Assembly: GCF_000223395.1 (NCBI RefSeq)
Contig: NC_015931.1
Span: 1,500,001 to 1,532,000, forward strand
Source: Pyrolobus fumarii 1A
GTDB lineage: Archaea; Thermoproteota; Thermoprotei_A; Sulfolobales; Pyrodictiaceae
Direction of reading: 5' to 3'
DNA: 32,000 nucleotides
The notes below the pieces were generated by a model. The model was not told where the DNA came from, did not search any database, and saw only the letters and a list, made by a program, of their open reading frames with translations. Positions 23,696 through 32,000 of the stretch are shown one piece after another. The number at the start of each line of letters is the position of its first letter. The stretch's first letter is position 1. The position numbers and the translations under genes are program-made.

Positions 23696-26600
23696 ATGCG
23701 AAGGAGTAGAATCATGAGGCTGACACTGCTCCTCGTGGGCAGCCTAGTAGTACTTTCAATTCTGACGGCCTCGTTTGTAGCTTTGAGGGTTAGTGCACAG
23801 ACATGGACCGATGTGGTCAACCTGCCCGTAGGAAGCTATAACGGTAGTGGAGTACTCCTAGTGCTCATATCAACGGGGGTTGACATCAATGACCCGACGA
23901 TTAGGGACGCTCTACTGACAGTCAACGGTACACCGTGCTTCATATCGTTCGACGAGAATGGTGTAGCTCTGCCACCCAGCCCGCCTTATGACCTAGTAGG
24001 CATAGGCACGTTGCAAGCGCAAAGAGTAGTAGAGGCGGCACCTGCAGTCAAGATTGTTGTTGCGCGCGTCCCCTACGATAAAGATCCCGAAACAGGGCTC
24101 CCCACGGTACCGTATAAAGCATTGCAAGCTGCGCTAGAATGGGCCTCTCACCCCTTCACCTACGTCAATGGCGAGCTTGTTGAATGCCCCGTGAGCGGCT
24201 TCCACACGCGGATAGTGCTAATAGGGCTGCCAATCTACAATTACACAATATCAGACAGCATCGCTAGACTGTTGACGCATCTCGTCGGTTCGAGCCTAGT
24301 GGTAGTGCCTGTAGGTGATGCAGCACCAGGCATATTCAACGTGCTGGCGCGTGTAGAGGGTGTTGTGAGTGTCGCGCCAGTACCGCTTTCCTACACGCCG
24401 ATCGTGGCCACGCTCAATGGTAGATCTGGAGGCTATACGCTCCACTACCCAGAGAGCCTCTACAACGATATCCCAATCGAGCCGGACTACGTGATGCCCG
24501 TAGCGTCGCCTTGCCCCACGGGCTATCTTACAAACGTGCCAACGTGCAGTGAGGAAGCGGCGGCAGAATTCGCGGGTCTAGCAGCCGTGGTAGCGCAAAT
24601 GTATCGAGACCTTCGCGCGGTACCCCCGTCCCCATACCAGCTCGAGTTCCTCATAAGGGCTAGTGTTGTCGACCTAGGCCCTGCATCAAAGGACACGATA
24701 TATGGGTGGGGCCTGCCAGATGCAAAGCTAGCCTATGAACTGTTATCGTCAAACTCGGGCTTCGTAGTATGCGCACCCTCGTATAGCGACAAGGGTTTCG
24801 CGATTGCAGAGCTATACACGCCTCCCTCGCGTCGCTACGGGGTCGTGCTCAAACCTGGTGAATGTGTGCGCATGTGGGCGTTGCCAAGCACGCCATACAC
24901 ACTAACAGTCTACGGGCCGCTGGGGCTAGCACCATCAAGCATACGGGTACAGACGGTATCCGGATATTGGAAGAAGGTGCGTGTCCCATCAACACTACCA
25001 TACCCGTTCACCATCTCGGCGCTCTTGCTCGACGAGAAGGGTGTTGCGCTAGACGCTGACGTCTATGTATTGCCACAGAACCTCTGGCCCATGGATGCGA
25101 GAAAGTTGGCAATGATCATGCACTCTATGCGTATCGAGGGCGGGAGCTTATACGCTACGCTATCATGTAGTTACCTTGCATTTGCGTCCGGCTCCGGGAA
25201 GGTCTACATAGCGATAAGGCCGGATGGTCACCTCACCCGCATATTCGAGGTTGATGTAGCGACTTGCCCCAGGCAGGACCTGCTACTTGGTAGAGTGTAC
25301 TTTGTGGAGTCGAAGAATGTCTATCTAGTTGGTAAAGGACCTGGAGCGGAAGAAGATGCGGATCTACTTCGCTTCATGGGGTTCAGAGTAGAGGTTGGCC
25401 TAACACCCTGGTCGCCAGGTACAACACCCGATGTAATCGTTGTGCACCCCTCGGCAGCTAGACTAGTATGGAGTGCCGCTGAGTCTGCACGTGGCAGAGG
25501 ACTAGTCGTGATGGGCGAAGCTATAGACGAGTACCGCAGAGGTGTTAGCAGCACCTATGCATATCCGAGTGTGACGCTAGTTGCTTCCCCGAGATACACT
25601 CCCGGTTACCAGCCCATAGTGAAGCCCGGCGCACCATTAGCAACGGTTTACGGGTACACCGAGGGTGTTGCTACCCAGCCCAGTCTGAAGCTGTATAACA
25701 TTACAGTCGCGCCAAGCGAAGCTATGTATGTCTTGAGCTACACGATGACCCCCATAGGTCCTCTTGTGGAGGCGTTCTACAACCCGAGAGAAGATACAGT
25801 CTACATAGCGAACATCTGGAGTATGTGGAGTGAGGGACGCTCATTATCGGCGAGCATCACGCCAGCAGGTTTGGCAGTTCTACAGTTGAGCGTGGCGGCC
25901 GCCACAGGGCCGGTAAGCATAGCGGTAAACTCGAGCAGGGTCAGCCCAGGAGACGTGCTATCAATATCAGTATGGTCGTGGAGGCTCAAAGTCACAGTAT
26001 GGAATGAAACATACGGCGGGCAACTAGTTAGACTAGTAAGCGCTGCATCGCAATATCCGGGCTACCAGCTGAACATAACAGTAAAGGTAGGTGAGACACC
26101 ATACGGCGATTACATCCTGCTAGCTAACGACACCCTATGGCGGCTTGGCGTGGCAACCTACAAGGTAGAGCCCATTGTAATACTAGGCTCGAAACTTGTC
26201 ACAGCAGGCGAGGAGCTAGAAGTGCGTGGTGCGGGGTTCTACGCCAATAGCCACATAACGATACTATTCGATGGTGTAGCCATAGGCTCTACGGTTAGCA
26301 ATGAGAGAGGCTCATTCTATGCGCGTATACCAATACCGGGTATCGCATCGCCGGGCGTGCACACAATAACAGCGATTAGTAATGATGCTTCAGCATCGGA
26401 CGCGATAGAGGTGCGTGTAGTCAGGACGTTAAGTATCAAACTAGCTGTGCCAAGTATCATTCCACCTGATGAGCCAGTCCAAGCACTCGCGGTCATAAGA
26501 CTTGGTGTTAACGAGACTGATGCGAATCTCAGGGCTATACTGGCAGGGCAGTTGCTACAAGTTGAGCGCATCACACGCGGCGTGTATATGATACGTATAC

Positions 26601-27259
26601 CTCCATTACAGCCTGGTGTCTACACGTTAATAGTGCAGGCGGTCCGGGATGAAAGGCTTGTGTATGCTACTGGTTTGGCGGTCGCTGCGATAACAGTTGA
26701 GCGTAATGTAACAGTTGCGACGCCAAGGCACATATACGAACTCGGCTATAACCTGACAAGGTATCTTGACGAGCAGTTGAGTAGTATTAAGGCAGGGATT
26801 TCCAACGTAGCCGATGAGGTAAAGAGAGTAGAGAATATGCTCTATGGTCTAAAGCAAGATCTTGACGCGATGCTTGATAACATACTTGCTACGGCGGAGA
26901 AGCTTAACAGCAAGGTTGATACAGCGAAGAGTGACGTGCTACGCGAGGTTAGAAAGGTGTACGTGGAGATTACGAAGTTGCAATCGACAGTCGAGACTAC
27001 ATCTAAGAACGTTGTTGACACCATATCATCTATGATAACGCAAATGAATAACGACATAAAGATTGGGATTATAGGTGTGCGTAGCGCGGTCACGAGAGAC
27101 ATAACAAGGCTGAACTACACGCTTGCGACTAGTATAGCCCTTGCCATGAGGAAAGTTGACGTGACAACAATGTATACACTGGCGGCTCTAGTGGCGCTTA
27201 GCATAAACCTAGCTGTCGTAGGTGCAATTCTAGTGTTGATACTACGTGGAAGGCGCTAG
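23696..27259 (+). CDS. Large anchored surface protein: signal peptide, catalytically degenerate subtilase (S8)-like domain, beta-rich repeats, C-terminal coiled-coil stalk and TM anchor (S-layer/stalk-type candidate)
   Basis: Signal MRLTLLLVGSLVVLSILTASFVALRVSA/Q. Subtilase-like blocks VLISTGVD (Asp position is Ser), GIGTLQAQ (His block lacks His) and TCSEEAAAEFAGLAAVVAQ (Ser block). About 12 sequons. Heptad-like region at about 26762-27120. TM at about 27173-27241, followed by RGRR. Start ambiguous among 23681, 23696 and 23714. Confidence 0.75.
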   Translation: MRRSRIMRLTLLLVGSLVVLSILTASFVALRVSAQTWTDVVNLPVGSYNGSGVLLVLISTGVDINDPTIRDALLTVNGTPCFISFDENGVALPPSPPYDLVGIGTLQAQRVVEAAPAVKIVVARVPYDKDPETGLPTVPYKALQAALEWASHPFTYVNGELVECPVSGFHTRIVLIGLPIYNYTISDSIARLLTHLVGSSLVVVPVGDAAPGIFNVLARVEGVVSVAPVPLSYTPIVATLNGRSGGYTLHYPESLYNDIPIEPDYVMPVASPCPTGYLTNVPTCSEEAAAEFAGLAAVVAQMYRDLRAVPPSPYQLEFLIRASVVDLGPASKDTIYGWGLPDAKLAYELLSSNSGFVVCAPSYSDKGFAIAELYTPPSRRYGVVLKPGECVRMWALPSTPYTLTVYGPLGLAPSSIRVQTVSGYWKKVRVPSTLPYPFTISALLLDEKGVALDADVYVLPQNLWPMDARKLAMIMHSMRIEGGSLYATLSCSYLAFASGSGKVYIAIRPDGHLTRIFEVDVATCPRQDLLLGRVYFVESKNVYLVGKGPGAEEDADLLRFMGFRVEVGLTPWSPGTTPDVIVVHPSAARLVWSAAESARGRGLVVMGEAIDEYRRGVSSTYAYPSVTLVASPRYTPGYQPIVKPGAPLATVYGYTEGVATQPSLKLYNITVAPSEAMYVLSYTMTPIGPLVEAFYNPREDTVYIANIWSMWSEGRSLSASITPAGLAVLQLSVAAATGPVSIAVNSSRVSPGDVLSISVWSWRLKVTVWNETYGGQLVRLVSAASQYPGYQLNITVKVGETPYGDYILLANDTLWRLGVATYKVEPIVILGSKLVTAGEELEVRGAGFYANSHITILFDGVAIGSTVSNERGSFYARIPIPGIASPGVHTITAISNDASASDAIEVRVVRTLSIKLAVPSIIPPDEPVQALAVIRLGVNETDANLRAILAGQLLQVERITRGVYMIRIPPLQPGVYTLIVQAVRDERLVYATGLAVAAITVERNVTVATPRHIYELGYNLTRYLDEQLSSIKAGISNVADEVKRVENMLYGLKQDLDAMLDNILATAEKLNSKVDTAKSDVLREVRKVYVEITKLQSTVETTSKNVVDTISSMITQMNNDIKIGIIGVRSAVTRDITRLNYTLATSIALAMRKVDVTTMYTLAALVALSINLAVVGAILVLILRGRR

Positions 27260-27303
27260 TATAAATCTTCACACCGGCATGTCGTAAAGGTTGGGTATAG
27301 CAG

Positions 27304-28524
27304 ATGGTTGACTATATGAAATTTTTATCAAAGGATGTTGAGAAGCTGGAGGCTTCAGATGTTCGTGAGATACTAAAACTGCTTGAAAAACCTGGAGTAA
27401 TCAGTTTTGCAGGGGGTTTACCAGATCCATCAACCTTCCCGCGCGAGGAGCTAGCAGAAATAGCGCGTAGTGTCATACTTGAGAAGGGTAAGGCTGCACT
27501 CCAGTATGCACCGAGTCGTGGTGTCCGTGAATTCATTGATGCTGTTAAGAGGTTCATGGAGAGGCATGGTGTGTATATTCGTGGCGAGGATGCTATAATC
27601 GCAACTGTCGGGAGTCAAGAAGCGTTGTACATGTTGTCTGAGGTGTTGATAGATCCAGGTGACGTTGTTATTGTGGAGAAGCCCACGTACTTGGCTGCTG
27701 TCCAGGTGTTCAGGAAGAGAGGAGCGCGTTTCGAACCCATAGAGCTAGACGAGGATGGTATGCGTGTTGACCTGCTCGAGGAGAGACTAAAGAGGCTCGC
27801 TAGTGAAGGCAAGAGAGTCAAACTGGTATACTTGGTGCCAACGTGTCAAAACCCGACTGGAGTCACCATGAGCTATGAGCGTAGGAAGTACTTGCTAGAG
27901 TTGGCCTCGCGGTACGACTTCCTAGTTATCGAGGACGACCCGTATGGTCTAATAACGTTTGAGGAGAGAAGCGTTCAGCCGTTAAAGACGCTTGACCGTG
28001 AGGGTAGAGTGGTCTACCTCGGGTCTCTTAGTAAAGTACTAGCGCCTGGACTAAGGCTTGGTTGGGCTGCCGGCCCCGAAGAGATAATCTCTGTGATTGA
28101 AAAGCTTAAACAACATGTGAATCTACACGCGTCGACATTAACCCAATACATTGCAGCCAAGGCGCTTGATGGTGGTATTGTTGAGAGGAATCTCGCTAGG
28201 GTGAGAGAGCTATACCGGATGAAGAGGGATGTTATGCTTGAGGCGCTCGAGGAATACTTCCCGAGAGGGTCGAGATGGACGAGGCCCATTGGGGGGCTCT
28301 TCATCTTCGTGTGGCTACCTGAGGGTGTAGATACGAGAGCGCTGCTCCCGAAGGCAATTGAGCGTGGCGTGGCTTACGTGCCGGGGAGTGCGTTCTATGT
28401 TGACGGTAGTGGTGTTAACACAATGCGCCTTAACTATAGTTACCCGAGTGTGGAAGAGATACGTGAGGGCATCAAGAGGCTCGGTAGATTGCTGCGTGAG
28501 GAGCTTGAAGGAAAGACGGGCTAG
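27304..28524 (+). CDS. PLP-dependent aminotransferase, class I/II (aromatic / 2-aminoadipate aminotransferase-like)
   Basis: ISFAGGLPDP, TVGSQEAL, PTCQNPTG and the PLP-lysine block YLGSLSKVLAPGLRLGW. Confidence 0.85.
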   Translation: MVDYMKFLSKDVEKLEASDVREILKLLEKPGVISFAGGLPDPSTFPREELAEIARSVILEKGKAALQYAPSRGVREFIDAVKRFMERHGVYIRGEDAIIATVGSQEALYMLSEVLIDPGDVVIVEKPTYLAAVQVFRKRGARFEPIELDEDGMRVDLLEERLKRLASEGKRVKLVYLVPTCQNPTGVTMSYERRKYLLELASRYDFLVIEDDPYGLITFEERSVQPLKTLDREGRVVYLGSLSKVLAPGLRLGWAAGPEEIISVIEKLKQHVNLHASTLTQYIAAKALDGGIVERNLARVRELYRMKRDVMLEALEEYFPRGSRWTRPIGGLFIFVWLPEGVDTRALLPKAIERGVAYVPGSAFYVDGSGVNTMRLNYSYPSVEEIREGIKRLGRLLREELEGKTG

Positions 28525-28579
28525 TATAGCCTCTGGGGAGTTTCTCATTAACGTGGGTTTACTGGTTTAGACTGGGTGA

Positions 28580-29593
28580 GTGACGTTGCAAACCTGTCCA
28601 GTAGACACTGCGATATGGATAATCACGGGTGTTTGTAACCTTAACTGCCTCCATTGCTATGCCTACAGGTGGAGAGGGCGCAGAGAGCTAAGCCTAGAGG
28701 AGAAAATGCGCCTTGTACGTGAGTTTAGTGAGTGCGAAATAGAATATGTGAATATTAGCGGTGGCGAGCCGCTGCTGCACCCACATACGCGTCAAGTGCT
28801 GGAGGGCCTGCGGGAGGCAGGTATAGAGACGTCCATTGTGACGAACGGGACAATGATAAATGACGAATGGTCGCGTCTACTTGCCAAGCTAGAGGTATTT
28901 GTTTTCGTGAGTCTTGACGGTCCGAAGGATGTGCATGAGATGCAACGTGGTCCTGGAACTTACGATCGTGTCATCAAGGGTATAGAGAGATTGAAAAAAC
29001 ATGGTGTGCCTTACGCGCTTGTAATGGCTGTGTCAAAGCTCAACTGGAGATACACCTCAGAGTTTGTGGAGCTCGCGGTGAAGCTGGGGGCAGAGAGGCC
29101 GATATTGATACCAGTTATGCCCTTTGGACGTGCACTTGAGAACCGGATATACGTGTCAACATGGGAGTATAACAGGGCGGTGATTAACGCGGCACGCAAG
29201 GCTCGCGAGTTAGGAGTGAAGCTGCAATTGTGGTGCAGTCCCTTTGCCTTCATGACTGTGCCGCCTGTCAACCACGATGATATAGTTGTTAGCTACTGTA
29301 GGCTTGCTCCTGTCGTCGACATAGACCCGCAAGGTAACGTGTTGTTATGTGACGTCATGGATATTGTTCTTGGTAGTGTTAGAGGTAAGCCTCTTCGCGA
29401 GGTCATAGAGATGGTTGAAAGGCACCCACTTGTAGGTGAAGTTTTCGAGCCGAAAGGCTTGCCTGAGGCATGTAAGAAGTGTCCATACGTTAAGTTGTGT
29501 AGAGGCGGGTGTTTCACACGCGCACTAGTATTGCGTGGCTCGTTGAACGCGGGTGACCCGCTCTGCCCTCGTGTAGCGCTACACGCTAGATAG
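28580..29593 (+). CDS. Radical SAM enzyme with a C-terminal SPASM/twitch-type auxiliary cluster domain
   Basis: CNLNCLHC (CxxxCxxC) near the N-terminus, GGEPLL, and the C-terminal Cys cluster CKKCPYVKLCRGGC...C. Confidence 0.85.
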   Translation: MTLQTCPVDTAIWIITGVCNLNCLHCYAYRWRGRRELSLEEKMRLVREFSECEIEYVNISGGEPLLHPHTRQVLEGLREAGIETSIVTNGTMINDEWSRLLAKLEVFVFVSLDGPKDVHEMQRGPGTYDRVIKGIERLKKHGVPYALVMAVSKLNWRYTSEFVELAVKLGAERPILIPVMPFGRALENRIYVSTWEYNRAVINAARKARELGVKLQLWCSPFAFMTVPPVNHDDIVVSYCRLAPVVDIDPQGNVLLCDVMDIVLGSVRGKPLREVIEMVERHPLVGEVFEPKGLPEACKKCPYVKLCRGGCFTRALVLRGSLNAGDPLCPRVALHAR

Positions 29594-29645
29594 GTTGTTA
29601 ACCGCTTACACCCTAACTATGCCCGAACTATAGGGGGTTGAGAGC

Positions 29646-30035
29646 ATGGCAAAAATTGTAGTCGAGATGGACCTGGCCAAGTACAAGTATGTTGACCTTC
29701 CGGCCGAGGAGGCTATCAAATTGTTAGAAACTATTGCGGAGGTTCTCGGGAGACGTACCCAGGACCTAAGCGAAGCTATACGCTATGTGAAGAACTTCGA
29801 GGAGTTCTACGAGTACATGAGAAAGAAGTTTAAGGACTTCATAGCGCCGCCGCGGAGGCCAGACGACTTCATAAAAGGTACGGTAATAGTTGATAAGGTG
29901 AGACTCTACAAGACTGATACTGGAGAAAAACGCGTCGTGATAGTGTTTGATAGAAGGGTTGACATCGAGAAGTTGAAGGAAGCGTTGAAAAAGATAGGCT
30001 ATGAAGAAATTGAGGTCAAGAAGAGTCTTCTATAA
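29646..30035 (+). CDS. Hypothetical protein (Lys/Glu-rich, no cysteine)
   Basis: 129-aa ORF with an ATG start 6-12 nt after GGGGG. No motif recognised. Confidence 0.55.
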   Translation: MAKIVVEMDLAKYKYVDLPAEEAIKLLETIAEVLGRRTQDLSEAIRYVKNFEEFYEYMRKKFKDFIAPPRRPDDFIKGTVIVDKVRLYKTDTGEKRVVIVFDRRVDIEKLKEALKKIGYEEIEVKKSLL

Positions 30036-30044
30036 ACGGCTAGA

Positions 30045-30314
30045 TTATTTGCGCCTTCTACGTCTCCTCTTCTCGCTTTCTGGTACAGCTATTCCCTCGA
30101 GAGCAGTTCTAGCCTCCGTTTCGCTAAGCTCGCCTCTCGCGAGCTTTTCTAGTACGTTGAGGCGGTCTAGCATAGCCTCCAACAGTAGTACGTTTACGCT
30201 GATTTCTTCCGCTTCTCCCTCCTCTCCTTCCTCGCCCTCAGTAGTTAGCGTCTCGCTGGTCTCTTCACTAAGTGTAGCTTCGCCATACTCCTCTTCGAGG
30301 ACCATTGCTCTCAC
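30045..30314 (-). CDS. rpo13: Probable RNA polymerase subunit Rpo13 (crenarchaeal-specific)
   Basis: Very acidic N-terminus, central helix-turn-helix-like LLLEAMLDRLNVLEKLARGELSETEARTALEG, and a poly-basic tail EKRRRRRRK. This architecture and the G-x-[IL]S-x-x-EA-x-x-x-x-E block match my recollection of Sulfolobus Rpo13. The likely true start is the ATG at 30305. Confidence 0.5.
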   Translation of the reverse strand: MRAMVLEEEYGEATLSEETSETLTTEGEEGEEGEAEEISVNVLLLEAMLDRLNVLEKLARGELSETEARTALEGIAVPESEKRRRRRRK

Positions 30315-30427
30315 CGTCTTTTAGGTCGGCGCGTATGTTGCCTGGTAATGCGGGTATGTAAAGCATTACCTCTCTACCCGGTAACTCGATATAAGCTTCT
30401 TGGTGTGTCTTTCACACGTCGGGTATA

Positions 30428-32000
30428 GTGGCTGTGGGAGATACCAAGGGCTGTCCTAGTGGAGCCTTTGCTCTCCTTCATCCCAGGTTAAAGGAAGCCC
30501 TAGTGAAGCATGGGTATTGTGAACCTACGCCAGTGCAAGAAAGAGCCATTCCAGTATTGTTAAGGGGTGTTAACGCCTTAGTCATGGCGCCAACAGGATC
30601 GGGGAAGACTGAGGCGGCACTGTTACCATTAGCTTCCCGTGTTATGGGGAGGGGTGGCGACGGTATCAAGATACTCTATGTTACTCCTTTGCGTAGCCTT
30701 AACCGTGACATATTCCTGCGTATAGTGAAGTTGTTGGAGACAGCTGGTCTTCGGGTGTTTGTCAGGCACGGGGACTCCACGAGTAGTGAAAGGAGGCTAT
30801 TCTTGCAGGAGCCGTTTGACGTGGTCATAATAACGCCTGAGACGCTAGAGTATCTGCTATCCTCGTCAAAGCGGTTCCGAGAATATCTGGCGAGCTTGCA
30901 AGCGGTGATCATAGACGAGGTTCATGAACTACTCGATAGCAAGAGGGGTGCTGAGCTTAGCGTAGTCTTAGAGAGGTTGGAGAGGATCTCGAGGTTTCGG
31001 GTTCAGAGGGTTGGGTTGTCGGCAACTGTAGGCGATCCCATGTTGGCAGCTAGGTTTGTGGCTGGTGTGGGACGGTATGTGGAGATAATTGAGGACCCGT
31101 CTGCTAAGAGGTATGAGATTATCGTTGAGACTGTAAAACCGGGTTCAAGTGATAATCTTGAGGCTGTTAGACTGGGGGTCGAGCCGGACACTGTTGCTAG
31201 GTTGCGAAGGATAGTAGAGTATAGTGAGCGTTATCGGCACGTCCTGGTGTTCACTAATACTCGTGATACGGCAGAGATGTTGTCTAAACTGTTATCGTTG
31301 CTTGTCGGCGATGATAAGGTGCGTGTGCACCATGGTAGTCTGAGTAGAGAGGAGAGACTTGAGGCGGAGAAACTCTTCCGTGAGGGTAAGCTGCCGATCC
31401 TTGTTGCGACCTCGAGCCTCGAGCTTGGCATAGACATCGGTCATGTCGAGTTTGTAGTCCAGTATCTATCTCCGAGGCAAGCGTCGAAGCTTGTGCAAAG
31501 GGTTGGTCGTAGTGGTCATAGGCTTGGTAGAGTATCGAGAGGCGTAGTGCTGACGCTGTCCAACTTCTACGATGTGCTAGAGTCGATGGTGCTTGCCGCT
31601 CGTGGTATGAGGGGTGATATTGAGGAGCCCAGACCCTACGAGAAGCCTCTAGACGTGCTCGTGCACGAAATAGCCGGTATGGTTGACGAGAGGGGCTCTA
31701 TTACGATAGACGAGGTTTACGATATAGTTACTCGTTCGTGGCCCTTCCGTGACCTTACGTGGGACGAGCTTCTCGAGGTTATCGGGTTAATGGAATCTGC
31801 GAGGATATTGCGAAGAGATGGGAATGTTCTGCGCCCAGGTAGGAGGCTCAAAAGCTACCATTACAGTGTTACGATGATACCTGACGTCAAGCAGTATGTG
31901 GTTATCGAGCAGGGTAGTGGGCGGCGTGTAGGCGTGCTAGATGAGGTGTTTGTTGCCGACTTGTCGCCTGGAAAGCAGTTTGTCCTTGCTGGCAAGATAT
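30428..32000 (+). CDS. lhr: Lhr-type DEAD/DEAH-box (DEVH) superfamily 2 helicase, 3' end outside the window
   Basis: Own translation in the frame starting at 30428 (GTG), open to the window end. PTPVQERAIP, motif I MAPTGSGKTEAA, TPLRSLNRD, motif II IIDEVHEL, SATVG, VFTNTR, HHGSLSREERLEAE, ATSSLELGID, motif VI QRVGRSGH. This ORF is not in the supplied track. Confidence 0.85.
   Translation, partial: MAVGDTKGCPSGAFALLHPRLKEALVKHGYCEPTPVQERAIPVLLRGVNALVMAPTGSGKTEAALLPLASRVMGRGGDGIKILYVTPLRSLNRDIFLRIVKLLETAGLRVFVRHGDSTSSERRLFLQEPFDVVIITPETLEYLLSSSKRFREYLASLQAVIIDEVHELLDSKRGAELSVVLERLERISRFRVQRVGLSATVGDPMLAARFVAGVGRYVEIIEDPSAKRYEIIVETVKPGSSDNLEAVRLGVEPDTVARLRRIVEYSERYRHVLVFTNTRDTAEMLSKLLSLLVGDDKVRVHHGSLSREERLEAEKLFREGKLPILVATSSLELGIDIGHVEFVVQYLSPRQASKLVQRVGRSGHRLGRVSRGVVLTLSNFYDVLESMVLAARGMRGDIEEPRPYEKPLDVLVHEIAGMVDERGSITIDEVYDIVTRSWPFRDLTWDELLEVIGLMESARILRRDGNVLRPGRRLKSYHYSVTMIPDVKQYVVIEQGSGRRVGVLDEVFVADLSPGKQFVLAGKI

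Noticed and set aside
21311-23700. Integrated mobile element inserted at tRNA-Ile
   Set aside because: I found no integrase or recombinase gene, no duplicated copy of the tRNA 3' half, and no viral or plasmid hallmark genes.
29646-30035. RiPP precursor for the adjacent radical SAM/SPASM enzyme
   Set aside because: At 129 aa it is long for a precursor and contains no cysteine. It has no repeated core-like motif. The linkage alone is insufficient.
30478-31437. Four 62-78-aa minus-strand ORFs
   Set aside because: They are antisense shadows inside the long Lhr-type helicase reading frame, which carries all SF2 motifs.
1-32000. CRISPR arrays, IS elements or transposases, toxin-antitoxin pairs, known defence systems
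   Set aside because: I saw no regularly spaced direct repeats, no DDE/IS200-type or integrase-like ORFs, and no recognisable defence gene signatures on either strand.

Overview
The window looks like chromosomal DNA from a hyperthermophilic crenarchaeon, possibly Desulfurococcales or Pyrodictiaceae. This is inferred from about 53-55% GC coding DNA with much GC-richer RNA islands, a crenarchaeal-type 5S rRNA, an AGOG glycosylase and an Rpo13-like subunit. Gene content is mixed. Repair and housekeeping genes: MutS-family ATPase (5' partial), AGOG, class II aldolase, Nat/Ard1-type acetyltransferase, LeuD-type small subunit, PurT, M17 leucyl aminopeptidase, class I/II aminotransferase, radical SAM/SPASM enzyme, and an Lhr-type helicase (3' partial, absent from the ORF track). 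Cell-surface content is substantial. It includes a four-gene Tad/Epd-like type IV filament module (zinc-ribbon protein, ATPase, two half-size platform proteins). That module is divergent from a 999-aa sequon-rich anchored surface protein. There is also a 1192-aa protein combining a catalytically degenerate subtilase-like domain with a coiled-coil stalk and TM anchor, and an isolated pilin-like gene. RNA genes are tRNA-Ile(GAU) at 21311-21387 (+) and a stand-alone 5S rRNA at about 21674-21807 (-). The 5S gene explains four overlapping spurious ORFs. The signals that known features do not explain are all at the RNA level. First, GC-rich intergenic elements share the invariant 5' strand GCC-GGU-GA-GGA and fold as kink-turns or box C/D-like units (10401-10483, 14732-14801, 15604-15685). 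Related C/D-like candidates lie at 22780-22841 and 21186-21260. Second, a ~270-nt GC-rich structured island at 2023-2290 could not be assigned to SRP or RNase P RNA. A (TC)6 tract at 12929-12940 may also mark a frameshift in a hypothetical gene. No CRISPR array, transposase or integrase was seen.
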